Of a DNA stretch of 64,000 nucleotides, positions 42,090 through 55,127 are shown piece by piece. A program made the translations under genes and the position numbers. The first letter of the stretch is position 1; each line of letters opens with the position of its first letter. The stretch is from assembly GCA_964016885.1 (NCBI GenBank), contig OZ024741.1, positions 253,456,001 to 253,520,000 on the forward strand, given 5' to 3'. The stretch is from Eledone cirrhosa (lineage: Eukaryota). The notes beneath the pieces are model-generated. The model was not told where the DNA came from and searched no databases. It was given only the letters and a program-made list of their open reading frames with translations.

Positions 42090-42750
42090 TTGGATTCAAC
42101 TCACCTCCCCAATTTCTCTAATACCCCGACCATTATCACACCCCTAGAGTCCTATCGCTTTTTCTTGATCATTAACATCTCTAACAATTAATACAGGCCG
42201 ACTATATATGCTCACTCCACTTTTCCCTTCACTGCTCTATTTACACACATACTCACCCTTATATTAACATACTTTTGCTCATAGCTTCGTACTTACATGC
42301 ACATACACTCGTTTACTCACATATACACGCACATTTCTTCTTAGCTTCGTATGGACGTATAACACACACACACACACGCGCGCGCGCGCGCGCGCGCGCT
42401 TACGCACATGCACAAGTATAGCTTTATTTACAAAACTTTTTTTTTTCCATTTCAGGTAGACGCGCTCCATCATCCACTTTTCTAAAAAACAAATCATACA
42501 CAAAACGCCAGCACCAACAGTTTTACAAGAGATGTCAACATGAATGGACCTGTTATTTTTATCTAAAGACATTTTTTCCAATTCCAACCCACCCGTCCCC
42601 TCAATCTATTTTATTTCTCATTCTTTCTTTTGATGAAGGACTAGCGTCCGAAAAGTTAAGACCCCCTTCCTACTATATCAAGCGTTAACCCAATATATCC
42701 CTTCCATATACTGTACCGATTGTGTTGTTATTTCTGTTTACCTTTTACAT
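42090..42750 (+). mobile_element. Neptune-family 3' fragment (ORF end GFNSPPQFL* plus 3' region)
   Basis: Reverse-complement homologue of 27183-27603. Confidence 0.85.
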
Positions 42751-42763
42751 ATATATATATATA

Positions 42764-42955
42764 TAACGAAGGAATTGTGGTAAGGAACCAGTTGGACCAT
42801 AACGCACCAAAGTACTCAATACTTAGGGTATTAGAGTGGGTAATAGGAACAAATATGACCCCGACGGCAGAGCTCAAGCCGTTTCGACGCCTATTTCTGG
42901 ACTCCAGAAATAGCCGCCGAAACGGCTTGAGCTCTGCCGTCGGGTCATATTTGTT

Positions 42956-42960
<5 letters not shown>
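42764..42960. mobile_element. Fold-back insertion (family H): ~58-bp arms plus 79-nt tail
   Basis: 42843-42901 approximates the reverse complement of 42903-42960. Confidence 0.85.
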
Positions 42961-42995
<35 letters not shown>

Positions 42996-43115
42996 TTGTT
43001 ATACTTTGGGAGGGTCATGCTGCCAATAAAAACGCACGCACCTGTTGGTTTTCACTTCAATATATTATAAATTTCCGGTTGGTTGATTCGATAAGCGGAT
43101 GGTTGTTCATATATC

Positions 43116-43158
43116 GTCAAAGCTCTTTCATCACACATTCCATGACCTCCTCAGTGAC
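43116..43158 (-). ncRNA. Type I hammerhead motif in family F fragment 42992-43215
   Basis: gtca-CTGAGGA-g-gtcat..gtgat-GAAA-g(ag)c-TT-tgac. Confidence 0.7.
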
Positions 43159-43495
43159 TGGGATTTTATTTTGTGTCTCTCCTTTGTTCTGTCCTACACC
43201 ATCTTGTTTTTGTGTTATATATATATATATATATATATATTGGTAGCATGTATCATACTCCTAGTAAGTGTTTTAGGTGCCCATGAGGTCACAAACTGAC
43301 ACAACCACCCCATCAAACCTCATTCCTTTGATTCAGCAGATTATCCACGATGTGACCACTCTTTATTGACCATGAAAGGTTGAAAGGCAAAGTGGACCTC
43401 GGCACGATTTGAATTCAGAACTCAGAGATCCAAAACAAATATCCTATGTTCTGATAACTTAATCATTGTTACATATGTGTGTGTTTATATATATA

Positions 43496-44018
43496 TGTCA
43501 GGTCGCTCTCAAGTGCTACTGGTAACATGTAAGCCAGTACAACCTGTCTCATGGTCGGGTCGTCAGCAAATAAACGGCAACCCCACCAAGCTTTCTTGGT
43601 GAGGAGGGTGATATTTGGACACCTTGCAGGATGAAATGCAAGACCCGGCAAAAGGTGGAGGAACTCAACAGAGTAAACGACCATCCAAATAGTACTTTTT
43701 ATTTTCCACCTGGGAGTGAAAGGAGCCCAGTTGTTGTCACAACACCTTTCTAGGAGAGGGAAACTCTGAAAAAAAAAGTCTGCGGCTTTGGAAGCATCCG
43801 ATGATGTTGACCAGTTCTCCTTTTCGTAGTGTTTTCGATGCTCAGAGAGTGGGATTGGTTGAGTGCAAGGCCTTTCCCCACTTAAAAAACCTTCAAAGCA
43901 CAGGCATTGCTTGTTCAGGACCTGTTACAGGTTTGTGTGGCTGGCTGAAGCCTAAAGGTGCACCATTTTCTGTAATCTGACAAGCGATTGCAATACTCTT
44001 AGCAGAGTTTGCAGCCAC
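43496..44018 (+). mobile_element. Non-autonomous RTE-like element related to 16905/46036
   Basis: Shares ggagagggaaactctga, gatgttgac..gagagtgggattgg..agtgc and the gagtt.gcagccacca 3' end. Confidence 0.55.
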
Positions 44019-44215
44019 CATATATATATATACATGCACACACACATATGCATGCATGCAAATATACACATATACATACACTCACATACATGCACACATA
44101 CACACACATGTACGCACACATACATACTTACTCACATATACATGCAATTCATTTTATAACCTCTCTCGTGATGATAGGTAAATTAGTTGTGCCCTCACTC
44201 CACTCTCTACTGTGT

Positions 44216-45699
44216 AGGTTTGAACTTGAAACATCAATTGTTGTTGCTCTCATTATACAGACAATGACCGCTCCTCAGTGAGGTTTGAACTTGAAACATC
44301 AATTGTTGTTGTTCTCATTATACAAACAATGACCGCTCCTCAGTGAGGTTTGAACTTGAAACATCAATTGTTGTTGTTCTCATTATACAAACAATGACCG
44401 CTCCTCAGTGAGGTTTGAACTTGAAACATCAATTGTTGTTGTTATCATTATACAGACAATGACCGCTCCTCAGTGAGGTTTGAACTTGAAACATCAATTG
44501 TTGTTGTTCTCATTATACAAACAATGACCGCTCCTCAGTGAGGTTTGAACTTGAAACATCAATTGTTGTTGCTCTCATTATACAAACAATGACCGCTCCT
44601 CAGTGAGGTTTGAACTTGAAACATCAATTGTTGTTGCTCTCATTATACAAACAATGACCGCTCCTCAGTGAGGTTTGAACTTGAAACATCAATTGTTGCT
44701 GCTCTCATTATACAGACAATGACCGCTCCTCAGTGAGGTTTGAACTTGAAACATCAATTGTTGCTGCTCTCATTATACAGACAATGACCGCTCCTCAGTG
44801 AGGTTTGAACTTGAAACATCAATTGTTGTTGTTATCATTATACAGACAATGACCGCTCCTCAGTGAGGTTTGAACTTGAAACATCAATTGTTGTTGTTAT
44901 CATTATACAGACAATGACCGCTCCTCAGTGAGGTTTGAACTTGAAACATCAATTGTTGTTGTTATCATTATACAGACAATGACCGCTCCTCAGTGAGGTT
45001 TGAACTTGAAACATCAATTGTTGTTGTTATCATTATACAGACAATGACCGCTCCTCAGTGAGGTTTGAACTTGAAACATCAATTGTTGTTGTTCTCATTA
45101 TACAGACAATGACCGCTCCTCAGTGAGGTTTGAACTTGAAACATCAATTGTTGTTGTTCTCATTATACAGACAATGACCGCTCCTCAGTGAGGTTTGAAC
45201 TTGAAACATCAATTGTTGTTGTTATCATTATACAGACAATGACCGCTCCTCAGTGAGGTTTGAACTTGAAACATCAATTGTTGTTGTTCTAATTATACAG
45301 ACAATGACCGCTCCTCAGTGAGGTTTGAACTTGAAACATCAATTGTTGCTGCTCTCATTATACAGACAATGACCGCTCCTCAGTGAGGTTTGAACTTGAA
45401 ACATCAATTGTTGTTGTTCTAATTATACAGACAATGACCGCTCCTCAGTGAGGTTTGAACTTGAAACATCAATTGTTGTTGTTCTCATTATACAGACAAT
45501 GACTGCTCCTCAGTGAGGTTTGAACTTGAAACATCAATTGTTGTTGTTCTAATTATACAGACAATGACCGCTCCTCAGTGAGGTTTGAACTTGAAACATC
45601 AATTGTTGTTGTTCTCATTATACAGACAATGACCGCTCCTCAGTGAGGTTTGAACTTGAAACATCAATTGTTGTTGTTCTCATTATACAAACAATGACC
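44216..45699. repeat. Homogeneous 65-bp tandem array, ~22.8 copies
   Basis: aggtttgaacttgaaacatcaattgttgttgttctcattatacagacaatgaccgctcctcagtg at exact 65-bp period (44216, 44281 ... 45646). Confidence 0.97.
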
Positions 45700-46035
45700 C
45701 TTCCCCATTGCTGATTATTGATTTGCCAAATTGAGTCGTGATTCTAAATGGTTGGTAACTGTTGTGTTACAACAATGTCTGGTTGGTCACCATTTCTTAC
45801 AGTTTGAAATATTTTCTATAACCATTTGCCAGTTCTGCTCTATAATTATGTTGACTACCATTGTTGTTGTTCTCTGTATCGTTATCTAAATAACAACAGT
45901 AGTTTTTTCAACATTAGATATGATGATTCCATTATCGTATTCCCATATGTTCCTTGGTAAAGTATTTTGATTCTGTGTGGAACATACTATTCTGTTTTCT
46001 ATTATAGTATTTTATGTATGTATGTATGTATATAT

Positions 46036-46408
46036 GAAGGAAAACTCTGATATAACACCTGCAACCCTGATGGTATCCAATGATGTTGACTTGCTCTTCT
46101 TTTTGGTAAATATCATCTTGATTAAGAGAGTGGGACTGGCTTTGTGCAGTGCCTTTGCTCACTATAAAAGCTTCACGGCACAGGCATTGCTTTATATCTG
46201 GAGATCTCTCTGCACTTGTCGTCACATGGTACCATGGGCCCAGCACTATGTGTCAATAATTCAATAATTGTCACAAGTGTAGTGTTTGTACCAGAGTTTT
46301 CAAGTTACTGGCTGGACTAAAAATCACACTCGTTCAGCGCATCGGTAGGGGTTCTCCTACATGGATATAAAGTAGTGGCCGTACTCGAAAACGAGTTGGC
46401 AGCCACCA
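46036..46408 (+). mobile_element. Second copy of the internally deleted RTE/BovB-like element
   Basis: Near-identical to 16943-17305. Confidence 0.65.
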
Positions 46409-47245
46409 TGTATGTATATATGTATGTATGTATGTATCTATGTATCTATCTATCTCTCTATATATATATATTGTATGTATGGGACCTGGAGTCATAGGGA
46501 AACCATCATAACATACAGTGTTCCTTGGGCATTTTTAACCTGGTAGAGTCCATCCCCTCACCAGCTCTGAATACAGATGATTGCTTCCAGAGAGAGAGAG
46601 AGAGAGAGAGAGAATTGCCCCTGTACTGGACTAGAACTTTTTTACCAACATTAAAAGGATATAAGGCAAAGTTGACCTAAGCAGGATTTGAACTCAGAAT
46701 GTAGAGTCCGGACAAATACAGCAAAGTATACCATCCAATGTTCTAACGACTCTGACATTTCACTGCCTATATTCTGTTTGATATTACCTTAGTTTGGTAA
46801 ATTTCTGTGCTATGAAGCCTTCTATTTCACATCTTGTCAAGAATAGCATCTACATTTTACATTTTAAATAGTGATTTCAACATCAAATATTGATGTTGAT
46901 TTTTCATCTCACTATTTTTCTTTTTGCCTAACCCACTGATGTGTATTAACCCTTTCATTTCCATATTTCTAATGAATATGCACCCTGTGGGTTCCAATTA
47001 ATTTTTAGAATAACCAAAAATTGTTTAAATCTCAATTTGACAAATTTATTCAATATACAAAATGTCACAATGTCACGAAAGGCCATTGACATTATATAAA
47101 CATATTTGAACAGTATCTAATAATATCAAAACACACTACTAAAGAGAACAGAAGAAGAAATAAAATGAAAGGGAGAAAAAGAAAGAAGGATTAAGCAACA
47201 AAAGAAAGGGAGAAGACGAAGAACAGTCACCACACCCCAGTCTTA

Positions 47246-47449
47246 ATGGCAACCTCAGCTGCACCCCAAGGACAAAACAGCAAAAGTGTTACCCTGGAAA
47301 CAGCCACTCCACTTCACGGGCTCCCTCCTCAAGAGAGCTGCCATATTCCCGACTTTACAGAGGATATCAGCAGTGCAGGGACAAATGATCCCAGAAGTCT
47401 TGACGGAGATTGGTTCAAAGAGAAAGCGGTTGATCAGAATTTTTTTATT
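47246..47449 (+). CDS. Candidate coding exon of unknown gene (MATSAAPQ...DQNFFI)
   Basis: Non-repetitive, GC-elevated open frame ending at a G|GTAAG donor; no homology recognised. Confidence 0.25.
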
Positions 47450-47860
47450 GGTAAGCTGATATTTAGAATATTCCACAAATTTCTAAAATAAAATTATGAT
47501 TGAAGATTTTCGTATAAGAATAACTATTTTAAAATTAGATGTTTTGTATTATAAATCCAGAGCAGTTTAAGTGGTTTGGTATTAAAAGGATTAACTCTTA
47601 ACACCCCATTATAATTTAGCAAAGAATATCTAAAAATAAGTTTGTTTATTCAGATGTTTATAGTACCTTTACTCGTGGGCAGATCTAGATAGTTGTAAAT
47701 CATCATTGTCGGTTTAACGTCGGCTTTCCTTGCTAGTAACAGTTAAAAACTTCTATATTTAATGTGATGCTGTTGTCATGCTGTGTCGCACTTTTACAGG
47801 AATTCTTGATAATGTGGTTTCATGTGGTATAGGATGTTAAGAGTTAACACATTTATTAAC

Positions 47861-48078
47861 ATGTAGAAACCTGGGTGAAGAAGTGCCAGGAAATCCCAGT
47901 AGAAGGATGCCTCAGCAGAGGTAGACCAAAGAAGTCCTGAGTGGAGGGGGTAGGAGCTGATCTCAAATCACTGAAACTTACAGATGATGAAACACAATGA
48001 GTGGAGAGATGCTGCGCTGAAAAGGACCTGTCCAACCCATGTGAGCATGGCAAAATATGTAAAAAATGATGATGATGA
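47861..48078 (+). mobile_element. Old RTE LINE 3' fragment
   Basis: RGRPKKS*...WRDAALKRTCPTH followed by (GAT)n tail. Confidence 0.7.
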
Positions 48079-48614
48079 TAATAATTGTTTCGACTTTTGG
48101 CACAAGGCCAGCAAATACTCAGTGCATTACTGGTACTTTTTTATTTTATCGACCCCGTTAGGATGAAAAGCAAAGTTAACCTTGGCGGGATTTGAACTCA
48201 GACTGGAAAGGGTCGTAACTCTATGCGTCAAAGCATGGCACACATTAATGTGTACCAGTCAACACACTAATGTGTACCAGTGAACACACTAATGTGTACC
48301 AGTCAACACACTTGCTAGCTACTAATACCGTTTTCTCCAATTCTTTATAATCCAACTTTTAATACCATTACCGTTTCAGTTGGTTCTTCACATTTTATTT
48401 CCTACTTTCTCGCTTTCCACCTTCTCTCTCTTTCTTTACCTATATATATATCATCATAATCATCATCATCATCATTTTACGTCCGTTTTACATATACACA
48501 ACACACATAAATATATATATATATATATATAGTGAGATATATATATATAGTGAGAGAGAGGAAGAGAGAAATTAGGAAATAATGTGTGTATAAATATATA
48601 TGTGTGTGTATATA

Positions 48615-49433
48615 TAAGTATGTATGTATACGTACATACATATATGTATACAGACGTACAGTAGTATATATATATATACATACATGCACACATATATATA
48701 TGCACGTATCGGTTTACCGAACATTTATTATAATGCTCGGTTTGTTTGTTTGTAAGCAAACAAACAGCCCGAATTACGCCGTACAGTGTTTAGGCAACCA
48801 CGTCACCTTTTTGTTCAACACTGACACAGGAACGATGTACTAGTTTCAAGCTTATTAGCTATCGTCAGCATCGTATACCTTCCTGCCAGATGGTTGAACG
48901 TCTGAAAGTATATACTTTCCTTATGCATATTAACGGCTGAGCAGCCTAATTTGCATATCGAGTGAGTTCAGTCGGCCGGGCACACTGAAAACGATAAATG
49001 GAATAGAATGAAACGAAATTTCATTTCTCACTCTTAGTACGGCAGTTATTTAAATGTAAGTATATATTTATGTATACATACTTTCAGACGTTCAACCATC
49101 TGGCAGGAAGGTATACGATGCTGACGATAGCTAATAAGCTTGAAACTAGTACATCGTTCCTGTGTCAGTGTTGAACAAAAAGGTGACGTGGTTGCCTAAA
49201 CACTGTACGGCGTAATTCGGGCTGTTTGTTTGCTTACAAACAAACATACCGAGCATTATAATAAATGTTCGGTAAACCGATACGTACATATATATATTTG
49301 TACATGTATGTATATATATACATACTACTGTACGTCAGTATACATATATGTATGTACATATACATACATACTTACATTAAGTAAGGGCCGTACTAAGAGT
49401 GGGAAATGAAATTTCGTTTCATTCTATTCCATT

Positions 49434-49436
<3 letters not shown>
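48615..49436. mobile_element. Complex fold-back insertion (family C): 296-bp arms, 62-nt tail, extra inverted tail copy in the spacer
   Basis: 48615-48910 approximates the reverse complement of 49079-49374; 48994-49060 approximates the reverse complement of 49370-49436. Confidence 0.88.
49115..49157 (+). ncRNA. Canonical minimal type I hammerhead (family C); identical minus-strand copy at 48832-48874
   Basis: acgatg-CTGACGA-t-agct(aata)agct-t-GAAA-c(ta)g-TA-catcgt; predicted cleavage after 49151. Confidence 0.88.
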
Positions 49437-49497
<61 letters not shown>

Positions 49498-49527
49498 AAT
49501 ATATATATATATTTATATATATACACT

Positions 49528-49579
<52 letters not shown>

Positions 49580-49662
49580 ATCGATACATATATGTATGTG
49601 TCATCAGTTCTAATATATTCCAGTCGTCTTCTCTCAATATTGTATCTGATTATTCTCGACCT

Positions 49663-49717
<55 letters not shown>

Positions 49718-49726
49718 CAGTATATA

Positions 49727-49815
<89 letters not shown>

Positions 49816-50099
49816 CAGTATATAGTATATGTATTATATACGTGATATATATATATATATATTACACACAACCTTATTATGTATACTGGTTTTGCTACGT
49901 CTTATTTCTTTGCAAAAATGTCCTCCTCCATTGCTGTCACTATTTTATGGTTCCTGCAGGGTTAATTTGTCTGATCTCTCTTCCTAATTGGTTCCTTCCC
50001 AATATTTTCTTTACCATTCCTATATTCTTAGGTTTATTTCCTTATTTTTCCTCCCATTCTTCTATGCTGTGTTCTTCTCTATAATCTATTTTTGTTACT

Positions 50100-51635
50100 T
50101 TATCTTGTTATTGTTGTTGTTGATGTTGTTGTGGTTGTTGTAGTTGTTGTTGTTGTTGTGGTAGTGGTGATTGTGGTAGTTGTGGTTGTGGTGGTGGTTG
50201 CTGTTATTGTTACTGTTGTTGTTGTTTTTGTTGTGGTGGTGGTGATAGTAGTGGTTGTGGTGGTGGTGGTTGCTGTTATTGTTGTTGTTGTTGTTGTTGT
50301 TGTTGTGGTGATAGTGGTAGTTGTGGTGGTGGTGGTTGCTGTTATTGTTGTTATTGTTGTGGTGGTAGTAGTTGTGGTGGTGGTGGTGGTTGCTGTTATT
50401 GTTACTGTTGTTGTTGTTGATGTAGTGGTGATAGTGGTGGTTGTGGTGGTGGTGGTGGTGGTGGTTTCTGTTATTGTTACTGTTGTTGTTGTTGTTGCTG
50501 TAGTGGTGATAGTGGTAGTTGTGGTAGTGGTGGTGGTGGTGGTGGTTGCTGTTATTGTTACTGTTGTTGTTGTGGTGGTGGTGATAGTAGTGGTTGTGGT
50601 GGTGGTGGTTGCTGTTATTGTTACTGTTGTTGTTGTTGTTGTGGTGGTGGTGATAGTGGTAGTTGTGGTGGTGGTTACTGTTATTGTTACTGTTGTTGTT
50701 GTTGTTGTTGTAGTGGTGATAGAGGTAGTTGTGGTGGTGGTGGTTGCTGTTATTGTTGTTGTTGTTGTGGTGGCAGTAGTGGTGGTGGTGGTGGTGGTTG
50801 CTGTTATTATTGTTGTTGTTGTTGTGGTGGTAGTAGTGGTGGTGGTGGTTACTGTTATTGTTGTTGTTGTGGTGGTGGTAGTAGTGGTTGTGGTGGTGGT
50901 GTTTGCTGTTATTGTTGTTGTTGTTGTGGTGGTAGTAGTGGTGGTGGTGGTGGTGGTTGCTGTTATTGTTGTTGTTGTTGTGGTGGTAGTAGTGGTGGTG
51001 GTGGTTGCTGTTATTGTTGTTGTTGTTGTGGTGGTAGTAGTGATGGTGGTGGTGGTGGTGGTTGCTGTTATTGTTGTTGTTGTTGTGGTGGTAGTAGTGG
51101 TTGTGGTGGTGGTGGTGGTTGCTGTTATTGTTACTGTTGTTGTTGTTGTAGTGGTGATAGTAGTGGTTATGGTGGTGGTGGTTGCTGTTATTGTTGTTGT
51201 TGTTGTAGTGGTAGTAGTGGTTGTGGTGGTGGTGGTTGCTGTTATTGTTACTGTTGTTGTTGTTGTTGTAGTGGTGATAGTAGTGGTTGTGGTGGTGGTG
51301 GTTGCTGTTATTGTTACTGTTGTTGTTGTTGTTGTAGTGGTGATAGTAGTGGTTGTGGTGGTGGTGGTTGCTGTTATTGTTGTTGTTGTTGTGGTGATAG
51401 TGGTAGTTGTGGTGGTGGTGGTTGCTGTTATTGTTGTTATTGTTGTGGTGGTAGTAGTTGTGGTGGTGGTGGTGGTTGCTGTTATTGTTACTGTTGTTGT
51501 TGATGTTGTTGTAGTGGTGGTGATAGTAGTAGTGGTTGTGGTGGTGGTGGTTGCTGTTATTGTTACTCTTGTTGTTGTAGTGGTGATAGTAGTGGTTGTG
51601 GTGGTGGTGGTTGCTGTTATTGTTACTGTTGTTGC

Positions 51636-51683
<48 letters not shown>

Positions 51684-52650
51684 GGTGGTTGTGGTGGTAG
51701 TGGTGGTGGTGGTTGCTGTTATTGTTACTGTTGTTGTTGTTGTTGTAGTGGTGATAGTAGTGGTTGTGGTGGTGGTGGTTGCTGTTATTGTTACTGTTGT
51801 TGTTGTTGTTGTTGTAGTGGTGATAGAGGTAGTTGTGGTGGTGGTGGTTGCTGTTATTGTTGTTGTTGTGGTGATAGTAGTGGTTGTGGTGGTGGTGGTT
51901 GCGGTTATTGTTACTGTTGTTGTTGTTGTTGTTGTAGTGGTGATAGAGGTAGTTGTGGTGGTGGTGGTTGCTGTTATTGTTGTTGTTGTGGTGATAGTAG
52001 TGGTTGTGGTGGTGGTGGTTGCGGTTATTGTTACTGTTGTTGTTGTTGTTGTTGTAGTGGTGATAGAGGTAGTTGTGGTGGTGGTGGTTGCTGTTATTGT
52101 TGTTGTTGTTGTGGTGATAGTAGTGGTTGTGGTGGTGGTGGTTGCGGTTATTGTTACTGTTGTTGTTGTTGTTGTTGTAGTGGTGGTTGTGGTGGTGGTG
52201 GTTGCTGTTATTGTTACTGTTATTGTTGTTGTTGTTGTGCTGGTAGTAGTGGTTGTGGTAGTGGTGGTTGCTGTTATTGTTGTTATTGTTGTTGTGATTG
52301 CTGTTATTGTTTCCGTTGTTACTGTTATTTTTACTGTAGTTCTTGTTATTTTTGCTGTTGTTGTTGTTATAGTTGTTGTTGTGATTGCTGTTGTTTCTGT
52401 TGCTGCTGTTATTTTTGTTGTTATTGTTGTTGTAGTGGTTGTTATTTTTGTTGTTGTTATAGTTGTTGTTGTTATAGTTTTTGTTGTTTTTGTTGTTGTT
52501 ATTGTTGTTGTAGTGGTTGTTATTTTTGTTGTTGTTATAGTTTTTGTTGTTTTTGTTGTTGTTATTGCTGTTTGCTGTTGTAGTGGTTGTTATAGTTGTT
52601 GTTGTTATAGTTTTTGTTGTTTTTGTTGTTGTTATTGTTGTTGTTGTCGT
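50100..52650. repeat. 2.5-kb (GTT/GTG/GTA) compound trinucleotide minisatellite
   Basis: Recurring gttgctgttattgttactgtt...gtggtg units of variable length. Confidence 0.95.
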
Positions 52651-53012
52651 CACCGTTTTCCCTCTCTGCCTTCTTATACATTCTCTCTGAATGTCTGTTA
52701 ATAAATTATGGTTCCCCAATTACTCTAATTTGGTCAGATTTTTCTTTGTTGTTCTGCCTTGAAGAATCCTGTTTCTAGTTGGCAAGCTTTTGAACATTGT
52801 CTTTTTGTTCGGATATCTTCTAACTGGAATCATAGCTCCATCCATAGGTTTCACTCAATAACCAATATTGATTTCTAACTCACAAATAAAACAAATGATG
52901 GGGCCTTAAATTTGGTGCAGTGGAGCTTGAGGGACGCAGAGATATGGGGGTAGGGTGCATGGGGGGAAGACAGTATAGGGAAGGGGGTATAGATATAGTC
53001 AATGACATTGGA

Positions 53013-53312
53013 CCTCCTCTTCCTCTCCTCATCTTCCTCCTCCTCATCACCTTCTTCCTCCACCCCCTCCTCACCTTCCTCTTCCTTTTCCTCCTCCATC
53101 TCCTCCTCCTCCTCTTCTTCTTCTTCCTCCACCACCTCCTCCTCCTCTTCTTCCTCCACCACCTCCTCCTCATATTCCTCCTTCATCTCCTCCTCCACCT
53201 CCTCTTTCACCTCTTCCTCATCTTCTTCCTCCTTCACCTCCTGTTTCATCTCTTCCTCATCCTCTCCCCCTCCTCCCCGTTCCTCCTCCTCATCCACCAC
53301 CACCACCACCCC
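53013..53312. repeat. (TCC)-rich low-complexity tract
   Basis: Direct inspection; further (CAC)/(CTA)n tracts at 53530-53920. Confidence 0.85.
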
Positions 53313-53837
53313 TCTATGTGACACAGGTGTTTTTTTTTTGTTTTGTTTTTGTTTTATTGACCCAGGAAGGGGAAGAAAGCCAACCACCAAAGTTGACTAA
53401 CCTGAGTCAAATTTGAACCCAGAATGTACAAAGGGATTGAACTAAAGCACCTTATCCTAAATGATAGTCAGTCCCCTGACCTCAGCCACCATTCCCACTC
53501 ACTTCTTGATGCACTAACAATTCTACCATCCACCACCACCACTACTACCATTTTGTCTGTGACTCTCTACCAAATTTACCATCAGCCACCACAGCCACCA
53601 ATACCACTACCATAATCACCACAACCACAATTACCACCACCACCACCACCACCACCAAAGTTACCATCACAACCACCATCATCACCACCACCACCATCAC
53701 TACTATCACCATTTTGATTGTTACTCTACCTATCCTACCATCTGCCACCACCACCACCACCACCACTACCACTACCACTGACCTACTACTACAAGTACTA
53801 CTGCTGCTACTACTAATACTACCACCGCCACAACCAA

Positions 53838-53921
<84 letters not shown>

Positions 53922-55065
53922 CATGTAAACTATTGTATGACTTAGTAGTATGTACCATCCTTTCACTAAAGGTTTTAGGTGCCTATGCATTTACTAACAG
54001 ACATGAACACTCTCCAGACTTCCCACCCTTGGTCCAGTGAGACATCCAGGATATAACAGCTGGAACGAAACAGACCACCCTACACTAGTACTTTATTCAT
54101 TAATCCTGAAGAGATGAAAAGCAAAGCTGGTCTCAGTAAGATTTGAACTCAGACCATAAATTGCCAATTTTATGATGGCAAACCTATTTTAAGGTATTTT
54201 TTATTTAAATAAAGAATAATGTTATGGAAAAATATTTTTGTTAAGTTAACTAGTAAACACCAGCTCAATAATGTTCTTTTTTTTTTTTACTAGATCCCCT
54301 AAACTTATCAATTATTTACAAATTAATTGAAAAGCATAGCCAGTGTATTTCATTAGAAATAATGTAATGAGAGGTTTAAGCCTTTAGCATTTAAACTGGC
54401 TGTATCCGACCAGAATTCTCTCACCTTTTTTCTGTTCAAACTGGCTGTGACCAGCTGTTCATACTGATGTTATGGTATTGTTCTCAAAATAAATAATACC
54501 AAAATCTCATAGATTCGATATTATGTGAGATAATTATGTAAGATAAAGCCTTTACCATGAAAATATAATAGTATATATAGAATAATGTATATGGTTAAAC
54601 ACAGATCTTCAAATTTTGTTGTGAATGTATACGTGATTATATTTATACAAATGGTTAGGATGTTAAACTAATGATCATAATGTTGTGGGCTTGAGTCCTG
54701 GATCAGGTGGTGTATTGTGATCCTGAGCCAAACACTTCATTTCACATTGCTCCAGTACACTCAGATGAAAGTGAGTACCAACAGTAGCTGGGGCTTAACT
54801 TTGTGATGGACTGGTGTTCTGTCCAGGGGGAAGTCATGTGCTCTCAGTCACTTAATGCTGATGAAACTAGGATAAGCACTAACCTGATGAGCCTCTAAGC
54901 TCACAGTTAATTTATTTTTTCAACATCTTGAAAGGCTGGATACCGCCTGATGACTTCTACTGGCTTAAAGCTACAGTCATAAGCTAGTGACTGAATGTAT
55001 AAGTATCTTCAATAGATGTATCTCATAGCAAATAGATACTACTAATTTATTGCAACGTATTCTAG

Positions 55066-55127
55066 TGGTACAAAAATCTCAGGATAGCTGGACAGCAGAA
55101 GGTCTTCAAAGAAGAAACCCCCTTCAA
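55066..55127 (+). other. Candidate 62-nt internal exon
   Basis: ctaat branch-like site, ttctAG acceptor, GTGAGT donor; open in two frames. Confidence 0.3.

Noticed and set aside
44216-45699. CRISPR-like or coding repeat
   Set aside because: No unique spacers, no cas genes, eukaryotic context; period is not a multiple of 3
50092-52719. 869-aa poly-Val and 874-aa Asn/His ORFs
   Set aside because: Triplet minisatellite that lacks stops in those frames by composition; no domain or splice evidence
52875-53400. Glu-rich acidic protein
   Set aside because: (TCC)n low complexity adjoining a SINE fragment
54862-54903. Permuted hammerhead (gaaac...ctgatgag) in the SINE tail
   Set aside because: Helices do not close into a hammerhead topology, and the copy at 2450 lacks the core
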